The notes below the pieces were generated by a model. The model saw nothing but the letters and a program-made list of their open reading frames with translations. It ran no database searches and was not told where the DNA came from. A stretch of DNA of 64,000 nucleotides from an uncultured Eubacteriales bacterium (GTDB lineage: Bacteria; Bacillota; Clostridia; Lachnospirales; CAG-274): NCBI GenBank assembly GCA_949738935.1, contig CATJCJ010000307.1:33753-97752 (forward strand), in the 5' to 3' direction. Made by a program: the position numbers and the translations under genes. Shown here one piece after another: positions 41,535 through 51,564 of this stretch (position 1 is the first letter of the stretch; each line of letters opens with the position of its first letter).

Positions 41535-44500
41535 ATGAGTACACGAAACAACGAACAAACTATAGCTTTTGATTCTATTAAAATTGGTTTGGCATCTCCT
41601 GAAAAAATTCTTGAATGGTCATATGGCGAGGTTAAAAAACCTGAAACTATAAATTACAGGACTTTGAAGCCTGAACGTGACGGCTTATACTGTGAAAGAA
41701 TTTTTGGACCAAGCAAAGACTGGGAATGTCACTGCGGTAAATTTAAAAGAATTCGCTATAAAGGAATTATCTGCGATAGATGTGGTGTTGAGGTTACAAA
41801 AAGTAAAGTGCGCCGCGAGAGAATGGGGCATATTAAACTTGCCGCTCCCGTTTCGCATATTTGGTATTTTAAGGGAATTCCAAGCCGTATGGGTATTATT
41901 CTTGGAATGTCTCCTAGAGCTTTGGAAAAAGTTCTTTATTTCGCTTCTTATGTTATTCTTGACCCGGGGGAAAATACAAGTCTTGTTTATAAGGATTTGC
42001 TCACTGAAACTGAGTATAGAGACGCTAAGGAAAAATACGGGGCTAATTCTTTTAAGGTCGCTATGGGTGCTGAGGCTATTAAGGAGCTTTTAAAAGATAT
42101 TGACCTTGAGAAAGAGTCTGTGGAACTTAAAAAAGAACTTAAAAACAGCAGCGGACAAAAACGTGTTCGTATTATAAAGAAACTTGAGGTTATTGAGTCT
42201 TTTAGGCTTTCGGGAAATAAACCCGAATGGATGATTCTTGATGTTATTCCCGTTATTCCCCCAGAATTGCGTCCCATGATTCAGCTTGACGGCGGAAGAT
42301 TCGCCACGTCTGACCTTAATGACCTTTATCGCAGGGTTATTAACAGAAATAACCGTCTTCAGAGACTTCTTGACCTCCACGCTCCCGATATTATTGTTAG
42401 AAATGAAAAAAGAATGCTTCAAGAGGCTGTTGACGCTCTTATTGATAACGGAAGAAGAGGAAGACCTGTTACTGGCCCTGGAAACAGAAGTCTTAAATCT
42501 CTTTCGGATTTGCTTAAAGGCAAGCAAGGTCGTTTTCGTCAAAATCTTCTTGGAAAACGTGTTGATTATTCAGGTCGTTCTGTTATTGTTGTTGGGCCGA
42601 ATCTTAAAATTTATCAGTGCGGCTTGCCGAAAGAAATGGCTATTGAGCTCTTTAAACCGTTTGTTATGAAAAAACTTGTTGAGAATGGGCAGGCTCACAA
42701 TATTAAGTCCGCTAAACGTATGGTCGAGAGACTTCAAACAGAGGTTTGGGATGTTTTGGAAGATGTTATTAAAGAACATCCCGTTATGCTTAACCGTGCG
42801 CCGACTCTTCATAGGCTTGGAATTCAGGCGTTTGAGCCTGTTTTGGTTGAGGGACGCGCTCTTAAACTCCATCCTCTTGTTTGTACGGCTTATAACGCTG
42901 ATTTTGACGGTGACCAGATGGCTGTTCACGTTCCTTTGTCTGTTGAGGCTCAGGCGGAATGCCGTTTTCTTCTTCTCGCTCCGAATAACTTGTTGAAACC
43001 TTCAGATGGAGAGCCTGTTACGGTTCCGTCTCAAGATATGGTTTTGGGTATTTATTATCTTACTCTTGAAAAAGATGGGGAACCCGGAGAGGGAAAGGTA
43101 TTTAAAGATGAGAATGAGGCTCTTCTCGCTTATGACAATCACGTTATCAGTCTTCACGCTAAAATTAAAGTCAGAAGAACTTTTGTTATTGATGGTGCTG
43201 AAAAGTCAAAAATTGTTGACACAACAGCGGGAAGAATTATTATAAATGAAATTATTCCTCAGGATATTGGCTTTGTTGACAGAAGTATTCCTGAGAATAT
43301 ATTTAAATATGAAATTGATTTTCTTACAGACAAAAAAGGTCTTGGAAAAATCATTAACAGATGTATTAATAAACATTCGGCAACAGAGACCGCTGTTGTT
43401 CTTGATAATATTAAAAGTCTTGGATTTAAGTTCTCTACAAGAGGCGCTTTGACTGTTTCTGTATCAGATATGGAAATCCCTAAAGAAAAGGCTGAGTATC
43501 TTGCTGAAGCGGATAAGGCTGTTGATAAAATTACAAAAATGTTTAGGCGCGGGCTTATGACTGATGAGGAGAGACACGCTAAAGTTATTAAGGCTTGGGA
43601 GGCTGCTGATGATAAAATTACAAACGCTCTTCTTGCTGGACTTGGTAAATATAATGATATTTATATGATGGCTCATTCCGGAGCCCGTGGTTCTAACAGA
43701 CAGATTAAGCAGCTCGCCGGAATGCGGGGACTTATGGCGTCTCCTTCGGGCGAGACTATTGAACTGCCTATTAAGGCTAATTTCCGTGAGGGACTTTCTG
43801 TTCAAGAATATTTTATTTCCGCTCACGGCGCTAGAAAAGGTCTTTCGGATACAGCTCTTAGAACAGCCGATTCGGGATATCTTACTCGTCGTCTTGTCGA
43901 TGTATCTCAGGAAATTATTATTCATGAGTGGGACTGCGCTGAAAACTCGGAAGAAGTTCCCGGTATGTGGGTTAGCGCTTTTATGGATGGGCAGGAAGTT
44001 ATTGAGCCTCTCTCTGACCGTATTAGAGGAAGATATTCTGTTGAGGATATTTATAACCCTGAGACGGGAAAACTTATTGTTAAGGCGGATTCTATGATTT
44101 CTCCTGATGAGGCTGAGCTTATTGAGTCATTGGGAATTAAAAAGGTTCATATAAGAACCATTCTTTCTTGCCGAGCCAGAAAAGGTGTTTGTTCAAAATG
44201 TTATGGCGCTAATATGGCTTCCGGAAGAATTGTTCGTATTGGTGAGTCTGTCGGTATTATTGCGGCTCAGTCTATTGGTGAGCCCGGTACTCAGCTTACT
44301 ATGCGTACTTTCCATACGGGCGGTGTTTCCGGTAATGACCTTACGCAAGGTCTTCCTCGTGTTGAGGAACTCTTTGAGGCAAGAAAACCAAAGGGTCTTG
44401 CCATTATTTCGGAAACTGCTGGAAAAGTAGCTGTCACTGATAATAAAAAGAAAAGAGAGGTTACTGTTATTAATGAAAATGGTGAAAGTAAGGATTATCT

Positions 44501-45119
44501 TATTCCTTATGGTTCACGTATTAAAGTTCTTAACGGTGATGTTATTGAGGCCGGTGACGAGCTTACAGAGGGTAGTGTAAATCCTCATGATATTTTGAGA
44601 ATCAAAGGTATTAGAGGCGTTCAGGATTATATGATTCAAGAGGTTCAGCGTGTTTACAGGCTTCAGGGTGTTGATATAAATGATAAACATGTTGAGGTTA
44701 TTGTAAGACAAATGCTTAAAAGAATAAAAGTTGAGGAAAACGGTGATACTAATTTTTTGCCGGGAAGTCTTATCGACTGGCTTGAGTTTGACGCTGTAAA
44801 TAAGGAAATGATTGAGAATGGGCTTGAACCGGCAAATGGTTCAAGGGTTTTGCTTGGTATTACAAAAGCCGCTCTCGCTACGGAATCGTTCCTTTCCGCC
44901 GCTTCTTTTCAGGAAACTACAAGGGTTCTTACAGAGGCTGCTATTAAGGGTAAAGTTGACCCTCTTATTGGTCTTAAGGAAAATGTTATTATCGGTCAGC
45001 TTATTCCTGCCGGAACGGGTATGAACACTTATAGAAAAATTGACCTTAAACTTATAGATAAGGAAATTGAGATGGAAAAAGCCGCTGAGGAAGAAGAGCA
45101 AGAAAATATCGTAAGTTAA
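41535..45119 (+). CDS. rpoC: DNA-directed RNA polymerase beta' subunit
   Basis: Zn-finger '[23 protein letters not shown]', catalytic '[13 protein letters not shown]' and trigger-loop region. Length is 1194 aa. Confidence 0.97.
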   Translation: MSTRNNEQTIAFDSIKIGLASPEKILEWSYGEVKKPETINYRTLKPERDGLYCERIFGPSKDWECHCGKFKRIRYKGIICDRCGVEVTKSKVRRERMGHIKLAAPVSHIWYFKGIPSRMGIILGMSPRALEKVLYFASYVILDPGENTSLVYKDLLTETEYRDAKEKYGANSFKVAMGAEAIKELLKDIDLEKESVELKKELKNSSGQKRVRIIKKLEVIESFRLSGNKPEWMILDVIPVIPPELRPMIQLDGGRFATSDLNDLYRRVINRNNRLQRLLDLHAPDIIVRNEKRMLQEAVDALIDNGRRGRPVTGPGNRSLKSLSDLLKGKQGRFRQNLLGKRVDYSGRSVIVVGPNLKIYQCGLPKEMAIELFKPFVMKKLVENGQAHNIKSAKRMVERLQTEVWDVLEDVIKEHPVMLNRAPTLHRLGIQAFEPVLVEGRALKLHPLVCTAYNADFDGDQMAVHVPLSVEAQAECRFLLLAPNNLLKPSDGEPVTVPSQDMVLGIYYLTLEKDGEPGEGKVFKDENEALLAYDNHVISLHAKIKVRRTFVIDGAEKSKIVDTTAGRIIINEIIPQDIGFVDRSIPENIFKYEIDFLTDKKGLGKIINRCINKHSATETAVVLDNIKSLGFKFSTRGALTVSVSDMEIPKEKAEYLAEADKAVDKITKMFRRGLMTDEERHAKVIKAWEAADDKITNALLAGLGKYNDIYMMAHSGARGSNRQIKQLAGMRGLMASPSGETIELPIKANFREGLSVQEYFISAHGARKGLSDTALRTADSGYLTRRLVDVSQEIIIHEWDCAENSEEVPGMWVSAFMDGQEVIEPLSDRIRGRYSVEDIYNPETGKLIVKADSMISPDEAELIESLGIKKVHIRTILSCRARKGVCSKCYGANMASGRIVRIGESVGIIAAQSIGEPGTQLTMRTFHTGGVSGNDLTQGLPRVEELFEARKPKGLAIISETAGKVAVTDNKKKREVTVINENGESKDYLIPYGSRIKVLNGDVIEAGDELTEGSVNPHDILRIKGIRGVQDYMIQEVQRVYRLQGVDINDKHVEVIVRQMLKRIKVEENGDTNFLPGSLIDWLEFDAVNKEMIENGLEPANGSRVLLGITKAALATESFLSAASFQETTRVLTEAAIKGKVDPLIGLKENVIIGQLIPAGTGMNTYRKIDLKLIDKEIEMEKAAEEEEQENIVS

Positions 45120-45128
45120 AAATATGTA

Positions 45129-45166
45129 AAAAAGGCTATGAAAATTTATTTTTTCATAGCCTTTTT
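45129..45166. terminator. bidirectional intrinsic terminator between convergent rpoC and hsp20
   Basis: Stem AAAAGGCTATGAAAA / TTTTCATAGCCTTTT with A/T runs on both sides. Confidence 0.8.
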
Positions 45167-45223
45167 AGGTATTGAGGCATTAGTAGAACAGCTTATAATT
45201 TTTTTGCGCCTCATATCGCAATG

Positions 45224-45697
45224 TTACTCAATATCTATATATTTTTTTTCCTCAATTTCCGGTTTTTTATCTTCTGGTTTTGGAATACTTAGTTTTAATA
45301 CCCCGTTTTCATATTTCGCGTGTATTTCTTCTTGTTTTATATCTTCTCCAATATAAAAAGACCTGCTCATACTTCCGGCATAACGTTCTCGGCGTACATA
45401 TTTTCCTGTTTTTTCTTCTTTTTCGTCTTTATCCAAACCTTTGGCGGCACTTATTAATAAGTATCCGTTTTTAAGCTCTATTGAAAGCTCATCTTTTTTA
45501 AAACCGGGTAACTCAATGTCAACCTCATAGTGGTTAGTATGCTCCTGAACATCTGTTTTCATCATATTGGCAGCGTGATGTCCATAAAGTTTTTTTTGAG
45601 CTTTCCTCATTTCTTTGTCGTCAAATGCCGGAAAATCAAAAAAGTCATCAAAAAAATCATTAAATAAACTTTCTCCAAAAATACTTGGTCTCATCAT
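45224..45697 (-). CDS. hsp20: small heat-shock protein, Hsp20/alpha-crystallin family
   Basis: Alpha-crystallin domain 'MKTDVQEHTNHYEVDIELPGFKKDELSIEL...RERYAGSMSRSFYIG...AKYENGVLKLSIPK'. Length is 157 aa. Confidence 0.9.
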   Translation of the reverse strand: MMRPSIFGESLFNDFFDDFFDFPAFDDKEMRKAQKKLYGHHAANMMKTDVQEHTNHYEVDIELPGFKKDELSIELKNGYLLISAAKGLDKDEKEEKTGKYVRRERYAGSMSRSFYIGEDIKQEEIHAKYENGVLKLSIPKPEDKKPEIEEKKYIDIE

Positions 45698-45993
45698 AAT
45701 AATCGCTCCTTTTCCTATAACGATTCCGTTACAGATGAGTATACAGTCAATTATATAAACTCACAAAATCTTAACGCGAACCAATAAAAAAATTTTTTAA
45801 TACATCAAAGTTTTTAAGGTTTTTTATTTATTTTTTATCGGTTTGCCGCAATTTGAAAAATAAGTGGTTCATTGACTATAAAAAACGGGAATCGCCACAA
45901 ATAAAAAATAATTTATTAGTTTGGAACAGGGGATAATTTGGAAGAAGCCTTAACCTTTTCAGGTTTCTTTCTTATTTCCTTTGTTCTAAATAC

Positions 45994-46022
45994 ATTATAA
46001 TACTTTTGTTAGCACTCGTCAA
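45994..46022 (-). promoter_or_regulatory. sigma-A promoter embedded in the CIRCE operator (minus strand)
   Basis: The minus strand reads TCAGCACTCACCCTTGACGAGTGCTAACAAAAGTATTATAATG. That gives TTGACG, a 17-nt spacer, then TATAAT. The -35 hexamer lies inside the CIRCE spacer. Confidence 0.6.
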
Positions 46023-46035
46023 GGGTGAGTGCTGA
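46009..46035. promoter_or_regulatory. CIRCE element (HrcA operator)
   Basis: TTAGCACTC-GTCAAGGGT-GAGTGCTGA compared with the consensus TTAGCACTC-N9-GAGTGCTAA shows one mismatch. Confidence 0.8.
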
Positions 46036-46062
46036 TTTTTTTGTGAATTTTTTATTAACTTT

Positions 46063-46839
46063 TTATGACGGCAGTATTATTCCGTTTTTTGAGGCAAAAA
46101 TTTTTAATTTTTGAATATAAGATTTGTATTGAGTTTTTATTTCTTTTAGTTTTTTTGTATCAGTTATGTTTCCGTAGTTTTTTACTGTTCGTTCATAGGC
46201 GTTTATTTGATTTAAGAGAGTCACAAACTCGGAAGAAGCATCGTTATTTAATTTATTTCTGTTTTTTGTGATTTGATTTATTATATTGTGCAGCTCGCTT
46301 AGCTCACTGACGTTTTCTGATTTAGCTTTTGTTGTTTCTTGATGTATTTCAGACGGGTCGGTTTTTAGGGTTGTTATTTCTATTGTCTTTGTATCGGAAT
46401 CCCATTCAACTTCTGTGTCAAAACATTCTGAAACGGCTCTTAGGGGAATTAAAGTTCTTTTGTTTATTATTTTTGGCTCTTTTTCAAGGGTTATGGTTTT
46501 GCCATTCATTGTCATTATTTTTGAGCCTATTGTTAGTATTATTGTTTTTTGGTCTTTTTTGCAGATTATCCTTTTTGTTTTTTCATCCCATTCTACGGAT
46601 ACTCCCATTGTTTCTAATATTGTTCGAAAAGGTACAAGAGTTATTCCATCCTCAACTATTGGTTCTTGGTCGAAATCTACTTGGATTCCATCTAATTTTA
46701 CTGTTATTGGAATTTTCTTTTCCTCGTGATGATGATGAAATCTTCTTGGAGGTATTGTATTTTCAGCTTTTATGAAAATAGGAGTTGAAGCCGTTATGAA
46801 AGTTAACGTCAATACACTTATTAAAATTGATTTTTTCAT
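46063..46839 (-). CDS. secreted copper-amine-oxidase-N-domain protein with a C-terminal helical module
   Basis: Signal peptide. 'DGITLVPFRTILETMGVSVEWDEKTKRI' and 'KRTLIPLRAVSECFDTEVEWDSDTKTIEI' motifs. Helical tail ending '...YIQKLKIFASKNGIILPS'. Confidence 0.75.
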   Translation of the reverse strand: MKKSILISVLTLTFITASTPIFIKAENTIPPRRFHHHHEEKKIPITVKLDGIQVDFDQEPIVEDGITLVPFRTILETMGVSVEWDEKTKRIICKKDQKTIILTIGSKIMTMNGKTITLEKEPKIINKRTLIPLRAVSECFDTEVEWDSDTKTIEITTLKTDPSEIHQETTKAKSENVSELSELHNIINQITKNRNKLNNDASSEFVTLLNQINAYERTVKNYGNITDTKKLKEIKTQYKSYIQKLKIFASKNGIILPS

Positions 46840-46881
46840 ATTTATAGTTCTCCTTTTTTATGTATGTTGTTTTTTATATTG

Positions 46882-46917
46882 AAAAAGACATTCTATTTAT
46901 AAAGAATGTCTTTTTTT
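46882..46917. terminator. bidirectional hairpin terminator
   Basis: AAAAAGACATTCT-ATTTATAA-AGAATGTCTTTTT, with T/A runs on both sides, just downstream of the 46926-47288 gene. Confidence 0.7.
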
Positions 46918-46925
46918 GTCGATAA

Positions 46926-47288
46926 TTATTTTGCTGCGCTGGTGCTGCTTTCACCGTCGCTAAGAGTTATGTTGTTTGAATCAGCGATTGTTTTAAGTTT
47001 GTTGTAATATTCCTCATATTTCGCTGTAACCTCATCAACTTTTTCCTGTGAGTCGAGTTGTGTTGGGTCTTTTACAATGCCTGTCGCATAGTCTTGAATC
47101 TCTTGAGCAAGAGTAGCAAATTCCTGAGCTGAAGTGGCATCTAAATTCGCGGCGCTTTGAGATACAGTTGTAAGAGCTGATGTAAGTTTCGCGCCCATTT
47201 CCTCGTTAGCTTTTGTATCAATTCCACATCCTACAAATAAAGCGAATGATAATAAGCATACTCCTACCATAGATAAAAATTTCTTCAT
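46926..47288 (-). CDS. small lipoprotein carrying only the shared helical module
   Basis: Lipobox 'LFVGC'. The mature part aligns with the helical tails of neighbouring genes (...AQEFATLAQEIQDY...KYEEYYNKLKTIADSNNITLSD). Confidence 0.65.
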   Translation of the reverse strand: MKKFLSMVGVCLLSFALFVGCGIDTKANEEMGAKLTSALTTVSQSAANLDATSAQEFATLAQEIQDYATGIVKDPTQLDSQEKVDEVTAKYEEYYNKLKTIADSNNITLSDGESSTSAAK

Positions 47289-47586
47289 TTTTTTGTTACC
47301 TCCTAAAAATAAATGTTAAGACAATAATGGTGAATTTAAATTTATTAAATTTGAGGATATTGCCTTAATAAAAACTATAAATTAAAATCTTTAAACATTA
47401 TAACATATAAAAATCGCTTTGTAAATAGTTTTTGAATTTTTGACGAAATGACCATATAATATATTTTATTTATTGTTTTTTTGGCGTTTTTTAAAATTTT
47501 AAACTGTAATTTATGAGTAAAGTAAAAGAAAATAACGACATTCTAAAATGCCGTTATTTCTTTTCGTTCGCAACAACTATGGAATT

Positions 47587-48066
47587 TTATTTAGCTGACT
47601 GAGCGAGATTTTGAAGTCCCTGCATCATATCAGTCATAGCTTTCTGAAGCTCTTCCTGTGAAGTAATAGGAGTTACTGTGATATTGTTTGACTCAGCGAA
47701 AGCTTTGAATTTGTCAGCCCATTCTTTCATTTTGTCAGCGCTTGTGATTGTAGCGGCTTCCTGCTGGAATTGTGTGGCGAGGTTTGTAAACTCAGTTTTT
47801 GCTGAATCACTTAAAGTAGTCGCGCCATTAATTATTGAAACAAGAGGAGCGTATAAATCATAAGCTGCCTGCTCCATTTCAGCCGTGTCTCCGGCGTTTG
47901 AGGAAGCGTTTGCGTCACTGGCACCGCCTGCCGCTGAACTGCTTGCTTCTGTTGTTTCAACAGCAATAGCCTCAGTTGTTGTTGCAGCGTCATCAGAACC
48001 GCCGCAGCCAGCGAACATTGAAAGTGACAAAACAGATATTCCTATAATTGTTAAAAACTTTTTCAT
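47587..48066 (-). CDS. small lipoprotein carrying only the shared helical module
   Basis: Lipobox 'MFAGC'. The tail reads '...KTEFTNLATQFQQEAATI...KEWADKFKAFAESNNITVTP'. Confidence 0.65.
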   Translation of the reverse strand: MKKFLTIIGISVLSLSMFAGCGGSDDAATTTEAIAVETTEASSSAAGGASDANASSNAGDTAEMEQAAYDLYAPLVSIINGATTLSDSAKTEFTNLATQFQQEAATITSADKMKEWADKFKAFAESNNITVTPITSQEELQKAMTDMMQGLQNLAQSAK

Positions 48067-48150
48067 TTAAATTTACCTCCAAAAAATAAATAAAAATATG
48101 TTATGTAGTAGTTTATATGAAAACGCGGAGACATTAATCGGCGTTTTCAT

Positions 48151-48290
48151 ATAGTAATTCCATTTTAAAAGTTACAAAAAAATTATTTTACTTGCACGGG
48201 CTACAAATTGCTTTGCAATTCGCTTACCGCCTAGCAGTGCTTACGCACTCGTAAAATATTTTTTTGTTATATCTCAAGTGGAATTACTAT
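48151..48290. repeat. family C palindromic element (140 bp)
   Basis: Termini ATAGTAATTCCATTTTAAAAG ... TATCTCAAGTGGAATTACTAT, with internal AAAAAAATTATTTTAC / GTAAAATATTTTTTT arms. Confidence 0.8.
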
Positions 48291-48367
48291 AACTACTTCT
48301 TATATATTAGCATACAAATACGATAATGTAAATGATTTTTTTTCAAATATATTGAAATTGTAATATT

Positions 48368-49822
48368 TTAGAAATGAGAGTAATCTTTAATTCCCATTTT
48401 TAAAGCAAGATACTTCCATTCATCAAGTAATTGATTTATGTTATCCACGCAAACTGAAAGCTTGAAATCATCCATTTTTAATATTGTTTCGAATGCCGAT
48501 GAAAAATCAGAGCCGTCTTGATTAAGATTGAAGAGCTTTGAGTAAATATCAAGGGTTTTTATATACAAGGCGTTATATTTTGTTTGAAATTCATTGTATT
48601 TTGATTTTAGTGTTTTTCCGTTTTTGTCAGCGTCAAAGTTTGCCCCTTGTTTTATGAAGCTTTTTAAATACATTGTGAGCTCTAAATCCGCCTTTATAAG
48701 TGGTTTTATATCTATTTTACGTTTTGCTCCAAGTGTTCTTTTTGTGATTCCAAGGTCTATATATATTTTTTGTACATCCTCAAGAATATTTTCAGCGTCA
48801 ATTGTGGCGTCTTCTATCTTTTGGGAATTCGGAAGCAAACTTTCGGAGTCATTTGCAATGTATTCTTCTAAGAATTTTGACATTTTTTTAATATGTCTGT
48901 TATAGTCTTTTTCCGCGAATTCATATTTTGATTTGAATATATATGGATGGTCTTGACTTTCATCTATTGAACGTACTGTATAATTTTCAATATATTTTTC
49001 ATAAAGTTCTATATCGGCAAGATGGTCGGCGAGTTTTGGAATTTTGCACTCAACTTTACTTGTGAAATTTTTTATCTCATCAATTAAAACATCTATGGAG
49101 TCTTCTGATAAATTTAAAAATTTTTTTCCTTTTTTCATTTCGTAAGAGTTTATATTGCTGTAGTTTATATTTATTTTATCAAAAGGTGAATCCATTTCCT
49201 CATTGATGATTTCAGCGAAATTCTCAAACTCATTTTGGTATATCTCAAACTCAGGCTTTAAGATTTTCGCCACTTTCATATAACTGCCTTTATCAAGACA
49301 CATTCCGTCATTTACAGCGTATATATAAAGAGATAGTTTTTTTAATTTTGACGCTAAAATCGCGTCTTCCGGTTCGGCCGGAGAATAAATGGAAACTGTT
49401 CTGAGCTCATTGTCCCAATATACCTCTGAGTTGAACGCTGATGAAAGCGCTCGAAGAGGTATATATGTTGTTCCGTCTATAAGACGGGGCGGAAGCTCAA
49501 GAACAACATCTATATCTTCGGAAGATTTCATTATATAGTTATCTATCTTAAAAGTTAAATATATGTCGTCTTTTGAGCATATTATCGTTTTTGTTTTATT
49601 ATCCCAATCAACAAATATATTCATCGCTGAGGCGATTTCTCTCAATGGAATTAAAGTTACCCCATCTTTTAATATTGGATTTTTTGAGAGATTTAAAATG
49701 CTGTCATCTAACTCAACTATTATTTTGTCGCTTGACTGGGAATAGGCATATCCAAAAGATTGAACATACCAAGAAGTTGTTAATGTTGAAACAATAATAA
49801 AAAGCGCTAAATATTTTCTCAT
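48368..49822 (-). CDS. secreted copper-amine-oxidase-N-domain protein with a long helical C-terminal region
   Basis: Signal peptide. 'DGVTLIPLREIASAMNIFVDWDNKTKTI' and 'GTTYIPLRALSSAFNSEVYWDNELRTVSI' motifs. Start at the ATG at 49822, behind an AAGGTG RBS. Confidence 0.7.
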   Translation of the reverse strand: MRKYLALFIIVSTLTTSWYVQSFGYAYSQSSDKIIVELDDSILNLSKNPILKDGVTLIPLREIASAMNIFVDWDNKTKTIICSKDDIYLTFKIDNYIMKSSEDIDVVLELPPRLIDGTTYIPLRALSSAFNSEVYWDNELRTVSIYSPAEPEDAILASKLKKLSLYIYAVNDGMCLDKGSYMKVAKILKPEFEIYQNEFENFAEIINEEMDSPFDKININYSNINSYEMKKGKKFLNLSEDSIDVLIDEIKNFTSKVECKIPKLADHLADIELYEKYIENYTVRSIDESQDHPYIFKSKYEFAEKDYNRHIKKMSKFLEEYIANDSESLLPNSQKIEDATIDAENILEDVQKIYIDLGITKRTLGAKRKIDIKPLIKADLELTMYLKSFIKQGANFDADKNGKTLKSKYNEFQTKYNALYIKTLDIYSKLFNLNQDGSDFSSAFETILKMDDFKLSVCVDNINQLLDEWKYLALKMGIKDYSHF

Positions 49823-49847
49823 AAAAATCACCTTACTGTTTTTATTA

Positions 49848-51287
49848 TTAATAAGCTTTTCCCCAAATAATCATTTTCTTTGCCGGTTTTCCACAGCATA
49901 CGCATACATCGCTTATGTTTTCCTGTTCGAACGGCATACATCTGGCGGTGGCGCCGGTTTCTTCTTTTATGGTGTTTTCACATTCCTCATTTTCACACCA
50001 CATAGCTTTTATAAAGCCTTGGTTCGTTTTTAATATTTCTTTAAATTCTTCCATACTTTTTGCTGTTGAGGTTTTTGTGTCTCGATGTTTTCTTGCTTTT
50101 TCTAAAAGCTCGGTTTGAATTTTTTCTAAAAGTTTTAAAACTTCTTCCCCAATTTCTGATAAGTTTATAATTGTTTTTTCTCTTGTGTCTCGTCTTACAA
50201 GTATGGCTTGACCTTTTTCTATATCTCGTGGGCCTAATTCTATTCTTAGGGGAACCCCTTTCATTTCGTATTCACTGTATTTCCAACCGGGAGATTTATC
50301 TGTATTGTCAAGACGAACCCGGCATATCTTTGAGAGTATGGCTTTGATTTCTTCCGCTTTTTCTAAAACGCCTTCTTTTTTTGGCATTATTGGAATTATT
50401 ATTGCTTGTATCGGCGCTACTTTTGGAGGCAGCACAAGCCCGTTATTATCGCTGTGAACCATTATAAGTCCGCCTATAAGCCTTGTTGAGACTCCCCAAG
50501 ATGTTTCGTGAACGTATTTTAGAGTGTTGTCTTTATCAGTGTATTGAATTCCGAAAGCTTTTGCGAAACTGTCTCCAAAGTTATGGGAAGTTCCTGATTG
50601 GAGTGCTTTTCCGTCGTGCATAAGGCTTTCTATTGTATATGTTTGTTTTGCTCCGGCGAATTTTTCCTTTTCTGTTTTTTGACCTTTTATTACGGGCATA
50701 GCTAAAACTTTCTCGCAGAAATCGGCGTATTCATTAAGCTGGGATATAGTTTCTTCCTCGGCTTCTTTGGCTGTGGCGTGAACTGTGTGTCCCTCTTGCC
50801 ACAAAAACTCAAGACTCCTTAAAAATGGTCTTGTTGTCTTTTCCCAGCGGACAACAGAACACCATTGATTATATAATTTTGGAAGGTCTCTATAGGAATG
50901 AATTATATTGGCGTAGTGCTCGCAAAAAAGAGTTTCTGAAGTTGGTCTTACGCAGAGACGTTCTGTTAATTTTTCTTCTCCGCCGTGAGTTACCCAAGCG
51001 ACTTCCGGCGCGAAACCTTCTACATGTTCTTTTTCTTTTTGAAGAAGACTTTCAGGTATGAACATTGGCATATAAACATTTTCATGTCCTGACGCTTTGA
51101 AACGGGCGTCAAGCTGTTGCTGTATAAGTTCCCATATAGCGTAGCCGTAAGGTCTTAAAATCATACAGCCTCTTACTGATGAGTAGTCGATTAAATCAGC
51201 CTTTTTTACTATATCTGTATACCATTTCGCGAAATCATCTTCCATAGATGTTATCGCTGTAACCATTTTTTCTTTTTCATTTGACAT
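49848..51287 (-). CDS. proS: proline--tRNA ligase (archaeal/eukaryote-like type, no INS editing domain)
   Basis: 479 aa. Class II motifs (RPYGYAIWE; FRDLP-like '[11 protein letters not shown]'; '[17 protein letters not shown]') and a C-terminal Zn-like '[18 protein letters not shown]'. Confidence 0.92.
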   Translation of the reverse strand: MSNEKEKMVTAITSMEDDFAKWYTDIVKKADLIDYSSVRGCMILRPYGYAIWELIQQQLDARFKASGHENVYMPMFIPESLLQKEKEHVEGFAPEVAWVTHGGEEKLTERLCVRPTSETLFCEHYANIIHSYRDLPKLYNQWCSVVRWEKTTRPFLRSLEFLWQEGHTVHATAKEAEEETISQLNEYADFCEKVLAMPVIKGQKTEKEKFAGAKQTYTIESLMHDGKALQSGTSHNFGDSFAKAFGIQYTDKDNTLKYVHETSWGVSTRLIGGLIMVHSDNNGLVLPPKVAPIQAIIIPIMPKKEGVLEKAEEIKAILSKICRVRLDNTDKSPGWKYSEYEMKGVPLRIELGPRDIEKGQAILVRRDTREKTIINLSEIGEEVLKLLEKIQTELLEKARKHRDTKTSTAKSMEEFKEILKTNQGFIKAMWCENEECENTIKEETGATARCMPFEQENISDVCVCCGKPAKKMIIWGKAY

Positions 51288-51369
51288 TATTTAAAAACTC
51301 CTTTTTAAAGTTCAGTATTTTTAATATATTTTACCACACAATCGATTTGTGTTCAACAGATTTTTTAAT

Positions 51370-51564
51370 AGACTTCTTTTGAGACTGCGATATTGCTGTG
51401 ATTATATAAAAAGAAAAAACATTTTGAGGACGGATAAGGTTTTTTGGGAAAGTTCACAAAAATATTGAGGCTGATTGTCGTGTTAACTTGTTAATTTGTT
51501 GATTTATATTGAAGAATATGATAAATAATGGTATAATTATAGAGGAATTTTACAAAAGAAGTCT
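51370..51564. repeat. possible MITE-like element defined only by 11-bp inverted termini
   Basis: AGACTTCTTTT ... AAAAGAAGTCT, the same terminal sequence as family A copy 2. The interior is not similar to family A. Confidence 0.4.
51519..51547 (+). promoter_or_regulatory. candidate promoter for the chemoreceptor gene
   Basis: TTGAAG, a 17-nt spacer ending in TGG, then TATAAT (51542-51547). It lies inside the inverted-repeat-bounded segment 51370-51564. Confidence 0.45.

Noticed and set aside
41196-41558. 120-aa serine-rich ORF antisense to the end of rpoB.
   Set aside because: It is the mirror image of the GAT/GAA-rich acidic tail of RpoB, so it is a compositional artefact.
45138-45356. 72-aa plus-strand ORF after rpoC.
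   Set aside because: It begins in the rpoC/hsp20 terminator and runs antisense to the hsp20 3' end. The translation is hydrophobic and low complexity, with no RBS.
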